This document shows, one piece after another, positions 51,901 to 60,749 of a stretch of 64,000 nt of DNA; within the stretch, counting starts at the first letter, position 1; every line of letters begins with the position of its first letter. The DNA comes from Phoronis australis. Taxonomy: Eukaryota; Animalia; Phoronida. The notes beneath the pieces were generated by a model. The model saw only the letters and a program-made list of their open reading frames with translations, was not told the DNA's origin and made no database searches. Where the stretch lies: NCBI GenBank assembly GCA_002633005.1, contig NMRA01000473.1, positions 1 to 64,000 of the forward strand. Reading direction: 5' to 3'. Both the position numbers and the translations under genes were made by a program.

Positions 51901-53851
51901 ATTTAAAAAGAAGAAATGGCTCATACATGCGCCCCCCTGAGGAAGCACTCGAGGTCATGATGGGTAAGCACCGACTCCCAGGAGCGTGAAACAGTTGTTG
52001 AAAGCATAGTCACACCACATCTTGAGTTTGGTTTATTAGCACCACTTATGAATACTGCATATTATAGAGAAGACTGACAACTGATAATATAAAAACCAGT
52101 CAATCTACCGTAATCATTTCAACAATCCTATAAAAAGCTGTGACAAGTGCGCATCTGGCTTATTTTTCCTTAGTGCTAGTCTGCTGAAAGCACCAATCAG
52201 AAAATAAAGTGTTTTTGCCAGTGATCTGAAATATAACCAAACAGCTGGCCACTCATTTTGGATGCAGTTCTGAATGCCACCAGATCTCTACAAAGAGTGC
52301 ATTAACATATTTTCTTGGGGGAAAAGAAACCAATACAGTGAAACTTAAGTGAGGACCACAAATCAAGTGAAGTGCTAACACAAATAAAGTGAGGTGCTAA
52401 CACTAATTAAGTAAGGTGCTAATACTAATTAAGTAAGGTGCTAACACTAATTAAGTGAGGTGCTAACACTAATTAAATGAGGTGCTAACACTAATTAAAT
52501 GAGGTGCACCAATTCAAAAACAGTGCAAAGTGTGACAAGGAACACTGACATGTTTGCAAATGTTTGTGTCTTTACAACATAATCCAATCAAATGTTTGTG
52601 TCTTTACAACATAATCCAATCAAATGTTGAGAATTCCCTTGCTACACGTTTGTCTTATTCTTCCAACCTCAACCATTCTTTTGGTTACACTGCAAAAGGT
52701 GCAGTAAGAAAAGTATTTGTATTTAGAAGAAATCCAGTTAACAGATGGCAACAAACAACTGATAGCATTTTGCCACTGAATGAACTAAAGTCATCTTGTT
52801 AGTGCTTGACGCTTAGCCTAATGTCAACTCGTCAAATGCAACCTAGCAAATTTTCCCAAGTTGCCAAATAGGAACTGGCATCACAAATCCTTGTACGGCA
52901 TTTTTTCTTTATTTTTTACTCAAATGGAAAATTAGTGCTCGGTGACATCCAGTTTGACTTTCCCCTCTTGGACCTAATGCACAGGCTCACCTGCTGAGGC
53001 AGACTAATATACTGCACAGGCTCACCTGAGGAGGCAGGGTAATACAATGCACAGGCTCACCTGCTGAAGCAGGGTAATATATAATGCACAGGCTTACCTG
53101 CTGACTCGGAGGCAGGCTAATATAATGCACAGGCTCACCTGCTGACGCAGGGTAATATAATGCACAGGCTTACCTGCTGAGGCAGGCTAATACAATGCAT
53201 AGGCTCACCTGCTGTGAGGATACTATACTGCACAGGCTCACCTGTTGAAGCAGGCTAATATAATGCACACGCTCACCTGCTGAGGCAGGCTAATACAATG
53301 TACAGGCTCACCTGCTGATGCACGCTAATACCATTAGCATACGCTATCCATGTATGACCCATAAACGAGTCCTTCTGACTTTTGCTAAACGATACTGACT
53401 TTCCCTGTCTACTTGGTGTAGTATTTTGTGTGCAATTGGCTTCTTTGTGGCGACCTGGGACTTTTATCAGGTTGCTAAACAAAATCTGAGCCCTGCATGT
53501 GAATTTCATACAAAAAGCAAAACAAATGAACATGAAAATCAACTGCAGCTGTTAATCAGTGTCTGTAGATAACTACCCAGTGGAACCTGTAAAACTTTTC
53601 CCAAACAATTAAGGAATTTAAAATACCCCTCTATTGAGAAAGGTCCACACTAACAAATTTACACTGATGAATGCTTTTTGCCAGACAACCATTAGCTAGT
53701 CTTTAACAAATACCTACGTTGTGTTTACGTTTGTCACTACTTTATCTTTAAACATCTGTTCTAGACTCGCCAAAGTTTGCTGAGACCCAAGCCCGCCTAC
53801 ACTCATTAAGTAATTCGCCCTCTGATTGTACCGGATATCCAAAAGACTTTC
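27913..53851 (-). CDS. CATSPER1: Cation channel sperm-associated protein 1; at least 12 coding exons, 447 aa recovered, 5' end unresolved
   Basis: Exons 53851-53718, 51465-51191, 47824-47711, 45352-45202, 42861-42770, 40173-40024, 37341-37278, 35815-35743, 35060-34988, 29768-29687, 28524-28407, 27930-27913 join in frame (1344 nt); S1-S6 present, S4 RVMKVFKSIRALRALRVLRTIR, pore TLDDW, S6 YFIFLNLFVAVLVDNFQ. Confidence 0.88.
28066..28210. mobile_element. Dimeric CATGGG...CCCATG element, copy 2
   Basis: Same two-unit structure as 3559-3707; flanks CACGG/CAAGG. Confidence 0.75.
28407..28524 (-). CDS. CATSPER1: CatSper1 exon (C-terminal helix/coiled coil)
   Basis: atttag|G...AAT|gtaagt; ELDVITYYFQILTSLEYNHSLYKNEYETIRAIVDLCVDN resembles the CatSper1 tail (Y.Q...S.E...........IVD). 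Confidence 0.82.
28558..28760. repeat. 67-bp tandem repeat, 3 copies
   Basis: Unit GGTAACATGTTGCAAACAGCAGTCACCCC...CAGCACATTAA starting at 28558, 28625 and 28692. Confidence 0.92.
29687..29768 (-). CDS. CATSPER1: CatSper1 exon (C-terminal)
   Basis: tttttcag|TC...GC|gtacgt; VSYESLDQERIVFPRRPIQEYYPHLKQA; bridges phase 1 to phase 2. Confidence 0.7.
29942..30418. repeat. About 55-bp minisatellite, 8-9 copies
   Basis: TAAGGATATGTACCACCTCATCCACTTGTCAGTGTATTGCATGCTGGCAGCACAG repeated. Confidence 0.95.
30991..31852. mobile_element. Penelope-like element with inverted pseudo-LTR arms
   Basis: Arms 30991-31293 and 31515-31817 are near-identical inverted copies; GIY-YIG domain NVVYDISC...YIGE...R...GVKEAIYE...PSLNRQGG; 13-bp TSD ATAGTCCATCTCT at 30979-30991 and 31853-31865. 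Confidence 0.93.
31732..31771 (+). ncRNA. Hammerhead-like motif with variant core (GCAA for GAAA)
   Basis: TGGC-CTGATGA-A-GTCCTC-AAGAG-GAGGAC-GCAA-CGTA-GCCA; mirror copy on the minus strand at 31037-31076. Confidence 0.6.
32348..34846 (+). mobile_element. Kolobok family A, copy K4 (more diverged, longer, with nested insertion)
   Basis: TTAA|AGGAGAATGCCACCC ... GGGTGGCATTCTCCT|CTAA; collinear with K3 apart from extra sequence at about 32700-33140 and an insertion at about 33582-34105. Confidence 0.88.
33582..34105. repeat. Unclassified dispersed repeat nested in K4
   Basis: Homologous to about 49880-50400, with shorter pieces near 49620-49730, 57540-57680 (inverted) and 61790-61870. Confidence 0.7.
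34988..35060 (-). CDS. CATSPER1: CatSper1 exon (acidic C-terminal linker)
   Basis: tttctgcag|AAA...G|gtgcgg; KAAAETDYHDDEQDDLFVPSTDSE; donor chosen on phase. Confidence 0.7.
35340..35680 (+). mobile_element. Highly decayed Penelope-like 3' fragment
   Basis: RKIKE...NPS remnant and a degenerate hammerhead (TCA-CTGATGA...AAAAC-AATGT-GTGA) at about 35627-35662. Confidence 0.4.
35743..35815 (-). CDS. CATSPER1: CatSper1 exon (S6 end)
   Basis: tttccag|T...AAG|gtaaat; LFVAVLVDNFQLTLEAAEKSRKKK. Confidence 0.92.
37278..37341 (-). CDS. CATSPER1: CatSper1 exon (S6, first part)
   Basis: ttttttcag|AT...AA|gtaagc; SSHILVFLIIYIVVEYFIFLN. Confidence 0.92.
37628..39365. repeat. About 41-bp minisatellite split by a 1.15-kb unclassified insertion (about 37800-38955)
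   Basis: Unit ATATAATCACCGGCCAATATTGAAGACGCCTGAGTCTGAC at 37628-37795 and 38958-39365; the insert starts ACAAGAG and has internal repeats. Confidence 0.85.
40024..40173 (-). CDS. CATSPER1: CatSper1 exon (S5 and pore)
   Basis: gtcag|AC...A|gtaagt; YMFAVIGIGLYSDVDREHFGNLAAALFTLFQILTLDDWFFIY. Confidence 0.93.
41096..41130 (-). ncRNA. Minimal hammerhead ribozyme (sense to CatSper1 pre-mRNA)
   Basis: TC-CTGATGA-T-GTCTA-ATGAA-TAGAC-GAAA-CGTT-GA; canonical core, but stem I is only 2 bp. Confidence 0.6.
41335..41373 (+). ncRNA. Minimal hammerhead ribozyme
   Basis: GATC-CTGATGA-T-GTCTG-ATGAA-TAGAC-GAAA-CGTT-GATT; canonical core and palindromic stem III. Confidence 0.72.
42165..42485. repeat. 42-bp minisatellite, about 7 copies
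   Basis: GAGAGTTGGCATTACAAGCTCTTGCAGTAGCGGGCATGGGCC-like unit. Confidence 0.95.
42770..42861 (-). CDS. CATSPER1: CatSper1 exon (S4-S5 linker and start of S5)
   Basis: ggcag|G...T|gtatcctc; FLANLQVIMTTCLQSMQSMGAIVSLMTLFM. Confidence 0.9.
45202..45352 (-). CDS. CATSPER1: CatSper1 exon (S3-S4)
   Basis: ttacag|AT...AG|gtaact; DFLIIITTAIDF...FRVMKVFKSIRALRALRVLRTI. Confidence 0.93.
47711..47824 (-). CDS. CATSPER1: CatSper1 exon (S2)
   Basis: ttccag|GC...G|gtaagc; WYFSVLEAFFLAIYSLECVIKIYVYRLYYFKEGWNIL. Confidence 0.93.
49092..49606. mobile_element. About 0.5-kb unclassified TIR element, copy 2
   Basis: Collinear with 26844-27311; termini CATGACAGCGTTTTCCC / GGGAAAACGCCATAATG. Confidence 0.7.
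51191..51465 (-). CDS. CATSPER1: CatSper1 exon (S1)
   Basis: ttttttcag|A...G|gtaata; ESRFFSIFILVVILLNTVLLVVQT. Confidence 0.92.
52365..52507. repeat. 22-bp minisatellite
   Basis: GGTGCTAACACTAATTAAGTGA repeated about 6 times. Confidence 0.9.
52976..53332. repeat. About 35-bp minisatellite
   Basis: AATGCACAGGCTCACCTGCTGAGGCAGGCTAATAC repeated about 10 times. Confidence 0.92.
53718..53851 (-). CDS. CATSPER1: CatSper1 N-terminal exon
   Basis: ttttcttatttcag|GAA...AC|gtaggt; open frame ESLLDIRYNQRANYLMSVGG...; phase 2 matches the next exon. Confidence 0.7.
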
Positions 53852-53892
53852 CTGAAATAAGAAAAGAAATGAGAATTAAGACACTCTTAGTA

Positions 53893-54333
53893 CAGTGGAG
53901 TCCACCTAAAATGTCATACCGGGTAACGGAATATTCCAGTTATTGTCATGAAATGTCAAAAAAGTATCATTTTTCATATATCCATGTAAAACAATACACA
54001 TAATGTAATGAATTATTGTCATATTCCCAGGTCATTTTTTTTAAATCAGCAAAACTGATTCTCAATCACCATTCTGATATCTATTTAAAAACTTAAAGCT
54101 TATTCATTTCAAACTCATTGCCTTATTGGATCACGGCACCAGGGGGGGTAAGAATCAGTATTTTCCTGTTTACCGTATATCTGTCTTACTCGGACACTTT
54201 CCACTAAGCAAGATTATCTAAGTATATAAGAGTGGTTACAATCACCAACAAGTCAAAGTGTGCTTAATGGAACATCCCCCTTGTTATCGTAATTTACGTT
54301 GTATGAAGGTATGACTTTAAGTAGGCTCCACTG
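53893..54333. mobile_element. Tc1/mariner (pogo-type) MITE
   Basis: TA|CAGTGGAGTCCACCTAAAATGTCATACC ... GGTATGACTTTAAGTAGGCTCCACTG|TA. Confidence 0.8.
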
Positions 54334-54662
54334 TACACAAGTTGGATATAAACACAACAATAATTCTGACAAGTAAACAGCATGTGCAACCACATGGCAG
54401 TACTGACAGACGATTGACTGTTAACAACCAGTTTCCTCAACAAAGGGTCCCCTTCCTGACAAACTGAAATTTGAAGCCTTTTTCAACTGTGTACACAAAT
54501 CTACAGAAGTTTTTTGATATTACATATCGTAGAAACTTTTGCTGCAAAAGATGTGTATCATGGCATGTCTTCTTGTACTTTTTCAGGCTGAATGGGTTTC
54601 CAATTGAGCAGTCCAAGAATTCCTAGGAGAGGGTTAAGTTTTTGGAATTAACCCCTACAAAT

Positions 54663-56423
54663 GGGGCTATTCGGAGAATTCTCCTCGCGGTGTCGCTGCT
54701 GTACTAGTGGTGATTGAATTGCGCATGCGTGGCTGTCTGCATGTAAACAACTGGTAAAAGNNNNNNNNNNNNNNNNNNNNNNNNNNNNNNNNNNNNNNNN
54801 NNNNNNNNNNNNNNNNNNNNNNNNNNNNNNNNNNNNNNNNNNNNNNNNNNNNNNNNNNNNNNNNNNNNNNNNNNNNNNNNNNNNNNNNNNNNNNNNNNNN
54901 NNNNNNNNNNNNNNNNNNNNNNNNNNNNNNNNNNNNNNNNNNNNNNNNNNNNNNNNNNNNNNNNNNNNNNNNNNNNNNNNNNNNNNNNNNNNNNNNNNNN
55001 NNNNNNNNNNNNNNNNNNNNNNNNNNNNNNNNNNNNNNNNNNNNNNNNNNNNNNNNNNNNNNNNNNNNNNNNNNNNNNNNNNNNNNNNNNNNNNNNNNNN
55101 NNNNNNNNNNNNNNNNNNNNNNNNNNNNNNNNNNNNNNNNNNNNNNNNNNNNNNNNNNNNNNNNNNNNNNNNNNNNNNNNNNNNNNNNNNNNNNNNNNNN
55201 NNNNNNNNNNNNNNNNNNNNNNNNNNNNNNNNNNNNNNNNNNNNNNNNNNNNNNNNNNNNNNNNNNNNNNNNNNNNNNNNNNNNNNNNNNNNNNNNNNNN
55301 NNNNNNNNNNNNNNNNNNNNNNNNNNNNNNNNNNNNNNNNNNNNNNNNNNNNNNNNNNNNNNNNNNNNNNNNNNNNNNNNNNNNNNNNNNNNNNNNNNNN
55401 NNNNNNNNNNNNNNNNNNNNNNNNNNNNNNNNNNNNNNNNNNNNNNNNNNNNNNNNAAGAATTACCTCACCATGCTCTTTTCCCCAAACATGAATTACCT
55501 GTTATTTCCACACATTCAGTTGTACCAAATATTACAACCCCCCATGCCAATCTTCCCTCGGGACCTGAATAAGTAATTTAACAAAATGACTTTAAAAATA
55601 GCTGTTCCTTTTCAAAGACTTTGTTCGTTGTCTCCAATATTGAAAGTAGGCTTTGACAACAGATCTGCACTGGATGATGGGAAGATCTTGTTGGTTAGCT
55701 GCAGTCAAATGCTAAAAACCAATTTTTGTCCATTCAGGGACAGTGCAGAAGCGATGCATATCTCCTCTGCACGGTACAAGCCTTCAAACCTAAAAACCAA
55801 AGGTTACGTGAAAACAGACGTGATACATTTCCATTTCAACGTGCAATAGATTTCCAGAAGACATATGATAGGGAGTAAACAAAATTAGTCTAATGCAATG
55901 GATATTTATCACTCACGTACCCTTTGCCATTGGGATTGGATTGTAATCTTAACTCATTAACCTGTATCGAGTTCACAGCATAAACATTCAGCATTGATTG
56001 ATGTAACTGTCACTGATAAACTTTTAGAAATCATTCCAAACAATAATAATGTTTTGATGTACGAAAAGATCCCGATTGCTATGTCAAGTATCGTATAACA
56101 TATAATCACAACATACAAAGATTAACCAGACTCTGGCTGGCGACTGACTGCCGCGAAGCCGACATCGGCGAGTGCCTCAGTTAACAGGCATAGGTAGAAT
56201 AATCATGGAATAATCGTTAAAATAATCACAATCCTTACCTTTGTACGAGGTCACGCTTACTTCCTCTCATAAAAGCACCCCTTTTACGCAATCTCAGATT
56301 CAGTTGGCACGGCTGCAAGCCATTTCACCATGTATTTAAAGGGCTCGCGAAATCGAGGCTGTTAATCTATCACCACTAGTACACGCACGCCCTCTAGTTA
56401 TTGCAGATTTTCCGAATAGCCCC
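54663..56423 (-). mobile_element. ISL2EU-like DNA transposon remnant spanning the N gap
   Basis: AT|GGGGCTATTCGGA ... TCCGAATAGCCCC|AT; spliced minus-strand SAP-like coding QLNLRLRKRGAFMRGSKRDLVQR|L. Confidence 0.65.
54761..55456. other. Assembly gap
   Basis: Run of Ns. Confidence 1.
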
Positions 56424-57256
56424 ATTAAAGGGGCGGTGATTTTTAAGTGGCATCGTGCAAAAAGTTACACTTGGTTTAAACCACTTACTGTTAATATTCA
56501 GTGGCGGATCTAGGATATCACAAGGGGGGGCCCAACATTTTGTCCGGCTGTAAGCATTTGCGCAAACTAAACCACGATTGTAGATGCGCATAGCACCCGG
56601 CCGAATGAGGGAAGGTCGGGAGAGGGGTTTGCCCCCATCCCGCTCAGGAAATTTTTCTGTTTTTACCTCTAAAAATCAAGCATTTTCCTTGATTCCTGAA
56701 GTATTATCCAAAAAAAGGAAAAAAAAAACAAAACACGGAGAACGTGTCAAACAGGAAAAACTGATTAACGCTTTTAGAACTTAAGTTTTTGAAAAACGTA
56801 AGTTACGAAAACCTAAGTTTGTTCCAAAAAATCTTGTTCCAAAATACTTAAGTTTTTGCCAAGAACTTATTAATAAGTTTTCGTGATTAAAAACTTAAAC
56901 TATTCGATGAAAGCTTAGTTCATTTTTGTAAGGGAGGGTACCACAGTGATTTTGGAATCACAGTGGTGTCAGTGATTTTGAAATCAGATGAGATGGTGAT
57001 TAAGAGCTCAGCCTGATCCGTGGTGATTACAAGAGGATGTTTTGAAAAACACTGTAATGTCCGATAGTACGAAAGTAATTCTGGTGAGATAAGATGAAGG
57101 GAACTGCTTTTCCTTAAAAGGGTACTGAAGCCTGTTTAGATGAATTCAACCAATCCTTATTCAGTCACCTGCTAATGCATCATTGGTGTCAATCTTTATA
57201 CATAAAAGCAGGAATCAATTAAACTCATATCCCCTATTTCAAAAATTGGACATTAC

Positions 57257-57361
57257 GGTTCTTGGTGGGTGGTCTTTTCCCCAAAAGCTGCCGCGTAATT
57301 CGCTAAAACAGTAGGTCACGCTTGTGCGATTAGAAGATTTTCCTCCAAACTTTTGAGGCAT
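57257..57361 (-). CDS. Candidate upstream CatSper1 coding exon
   Basis: ATG 57361, MPQKFGGKSSNRTSVTYCFSELRGSFWGKDHPPRT|gtaatg, phase 0 fits the exon at 53851; no homology support. Confidence 0.3.
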
Positions 57362-58292
57362 AACATTAAATCCTCGTGAGACACCATCTGGAGTTGTCAA
57401 TGGGCAACTCCAGACACTCTGGGCTCAACAGAAAACCACAGACATTTTTGACCGATTACCTTCTATTGCTGGTAATGATAAGAGGTGCCTGAAGAAATAT
57501 GACTAGCCCGTTTACATTTTTGCCCTTTTCAATGACATGTAAAAGTTTTTATGATCGGCATATGTCCCGAATAATGGTAGATAAATGATACGCGCGTCGC
57601 AGGCTCATTACCAGAAATGAAAAGGAGACGGAGGTCGGCGATATAAGGTCATTTATTATAACTAGTACAGTTACAATATAATGAATATTTAAGAATTAAA
57701 TTCTTCGTAAAAATCTGAACACAAAAACATGTTTTTTTCACTAATATCGATGAAGTTTTTACTGAGATCTTTCAAATTCAGTCCCGGCCAGCCTGGCAGA
57801 GTGGAGAATCATCTCAAAGATTACTACGCGGTAAAGTAGTTTCACTGTCAACAAAGAAAGATATCAAAATTGACTTACAATTAACATTTTTAAACTATTT
57901 CATGCAACAATATTTCGAATATGTGTACACCTGTTATTAATAGTAAGTTTAGCAGTAATAATGCAAATTTAATTAACTTAGTGTAACTACAAGAATGTAA
58001 CTCGTGCAATGTAGTGAGTAGTTAGTCTTTCCAGTACAGCAAATGAGAATGGCCGTGTAGTTTTTTAACTTACAACTGAAATTTTAGCCATTCGGAAATG
58101 AAAGCTGGGAAAAAGTAAAGGGGGTACATATTTGCTCTCCATTTTAATGTTGACCATTGTGAACACAGCTCTGAAACCCGTGCATCGTCATTGCACACAC
58201 AACATTGAGACTTAAGTCTCCTGAAACAAGTTGAGTCGGACATTAGCGCAATTCTTTATTTCTCCAGTGAGCCTGCACCAAGAGTAGTTCTG

Positions 58293-59683
58293 GGCCCGGT
58301 CTCCAATCTCCGTACTCAGACTCGAATCATGCTCAAACTCACACTTCATACTCAACTCGAGTACAGACTCAGCTTTGGTGTATTCAATGTCATACTCGAA
58401 AAATCTGTACTCGAAATTTCGAGCACGTACTCAGTTTTCGAGTGTACTCGAACTGAAGTGTATCTCATCTATATTTCGAGTACGATTTTGAGTAAAAATT
58501 TGGAGTCTATGCTCAAATTTCAAGTTTGGTATGGCAGTGTGCTTGAAATCGTACTCGAAAATAAATACGAGCCAGAGAACAAAATATCGAAAGGGAACCA
58601 AGAAACACAGCAAATCTAAAAAAATAAATCCTCTTACCGTATCTCAGCACTTCAACTTCAGTTCAGAGATAATAGTTTTCATCTTAAATCTTCTTATTCT
58701 TCACCTTATTAACACGTCGTATCATTGTATGTTATGGCCGCCATTCTACCTCTACAATTCCTGGCAACAGGCGCATTGTAATCCCTTGTCGGCGAGTCAT
58801 AACAAGCGTCGAAAGCAGTTGTGGGAAAAGTCGTGTGAGAAGTTTGTGCTGCCCTTATTTCGGCATGTGTGCCTACGTTTTGTAGGGTTTCCAAAAGACG
58901 AGGAGGGGAGGGAAGTTAAAAAAAGTTCGCTTCCCTGTCAGGTACATTTCTCATCATAACTTAGTCATCTATAATTCCTCAATCCCCAAATGGAATTCCA
59001 GATTTTGTTTGCCGATTTCTAAGTAGACGTCTCGTCCCGTTCACTGCCACTGGTGAACTCTGAATGCCTGCACAAGTATTGTTTTTTAACTCACGTGCCA
59101 AATGTCAACTCACTTGATACATCCCGGTAAAATACAAAGATACAGTATCAAAGTTTGACATCAGCGTAGGCCTACACAGCAATGGGTTTTATGTCAAGAC
59201 TAAATTAGCAACAGAGATGTGATGTGATAAGCTGTTACAAATTTCTTTTAAAAGACGTTTTCGGGACTGGGTGAGGAACTCAAGAAGTGAAGCTTAATAA
59301 TTGCCAAATGTATCAAAGAAATGGCATAAGAATATTTATTGAAACTAAAAAATGAATAACAGTTACAGAACACTCAGAATTCCACGTTATAGACATACTG
59401 TTGTAGTTGTAGCGACAGCAGACGATAATGTAGGCCTAGTTCTTGGGGTGGTCTATTCCAATAGGGAGCGATGAATCAGCGCGGCTTTGCGTGATTTTGC
59501 ATTTCACATCATAAAGAGTTCCATAGCAACTCGAGTATGAGTGTCAGATTTGAGTACGTTTGGAGTCTACTCGAAATACGACATTAGATACGCTTTTTTG
59601 AGTACGACTCCAGTAAGCACGATTTTGAGTATGGAATCTCGAGTATGAGTATGAGTCTGAGTACGGAGATTGGAGACCGGGCC
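58293..59683 (+). mobile_element. PIF/Harbinger transposon, internally deleted
   Basis: Perfect TIR GGCCCGGTCTCCAATCTCCGTACTCAGACTC, flanks CTG/CAG (CWG target); remnant LQFLATGAL*SLVGES*QASKAVVGKVV*EVCAAL...GFP at about 58750-58895 matches Harbinger transposase LRF.ATG.....VGD...S...V...V..AL. Confidence 0.88.
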
Positions 59684-59743
59684 CAGGTGTAGGTACATTA
59701 TCTCTTTTATGACCCACAACCCGTGACTGGATAAAGCCTATTA

Positions 59744-60252
59744 AGGGCCTTTCATACTAACGTAGATGCGTCGATGGTTTGGGGAGTTGAGGTCAGTATG
59801 AACGCGTAACTCCGGTCCTGGATCACAGTTAACAGCTCCAGTTAACATCACAGTTAATAGGTGGATTTAAGATCGCAGCGTTGACGCTGCGGTTCAGTAT
59901 GAACATTTAACTCCGGTCCAATCGAAGTTATCGCCAGGTGCCACTGTTATCGTCAACAGTTACAAGTTAGTGCCGTCACTAATAGCTGCTTATATTTTGC
60001 TCTAATAATAACCAATCGATTTAAAAATAAGTTTAACACCACTTAGCACATGTAAGTATTTCCAAATTGAAACACTGAAAAAAATCTAAGCGTGCAACGC
60101 TACCTTGCGATAACTTCGATGACGACAGCGGCACACAACCGCTTACTTTGATGTTCATTAACTACCGAAGCCAGTATGAACGGTCCAGTTGAACTGCGCT
60201 GTTTACGTCGACGCTCCCCTCAGACCGAAGTTAAGTCAATATGAAAGGGCCT
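59744..60252. mobile_element. Harbinger/Tourist-type MITE
   Basis: TTA|AGGGCCTTTCATA ... TATGAAAGGGCCT|TTA; internal CAGTATGAAC repeats. Confidence 0.75.
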
Positions 60253-60749
60253 TTAGAGTAGACAAACCAGTAGAGCATGAGACCCCTAAGGTCCTTGTCA
60301 TGTTCTCATGACAATTCTACCTTATGATTGTCGAGGGTTACACAGCAGTATTAGATTTAAGACAACTAGATGAGAAGGTCATTTGTAGTATTTTAACAAA
60401 TTTAGACAATTTGAACATCAATAGAAAGATCCAAACTATGATGTTGGGAGGTGCAATGGACCTCACTACTGCATGTTTAATAAGTCACAAGAACCACCAA
60501 CAATTATAACACTGAGCCCGAGTCAATGTTTATTTTTTCCCAGAAACCGGGTCACATCGACATGAATTTCCAGTTCTGAGTGTACATGCTATGTGTGAAC
60601 TTAGAATCTGGCAATTAATCTCAAGATCGCATAGGCATGAACTTGGAATTGAATATAACCATTTGGGCAATCAGGTGAAATGTATTGTTCAAGAATTTTT
60701 GTAATTATTTGCCTCATGATCACCCATTTTCTTCTATAATTCAGAAGCT

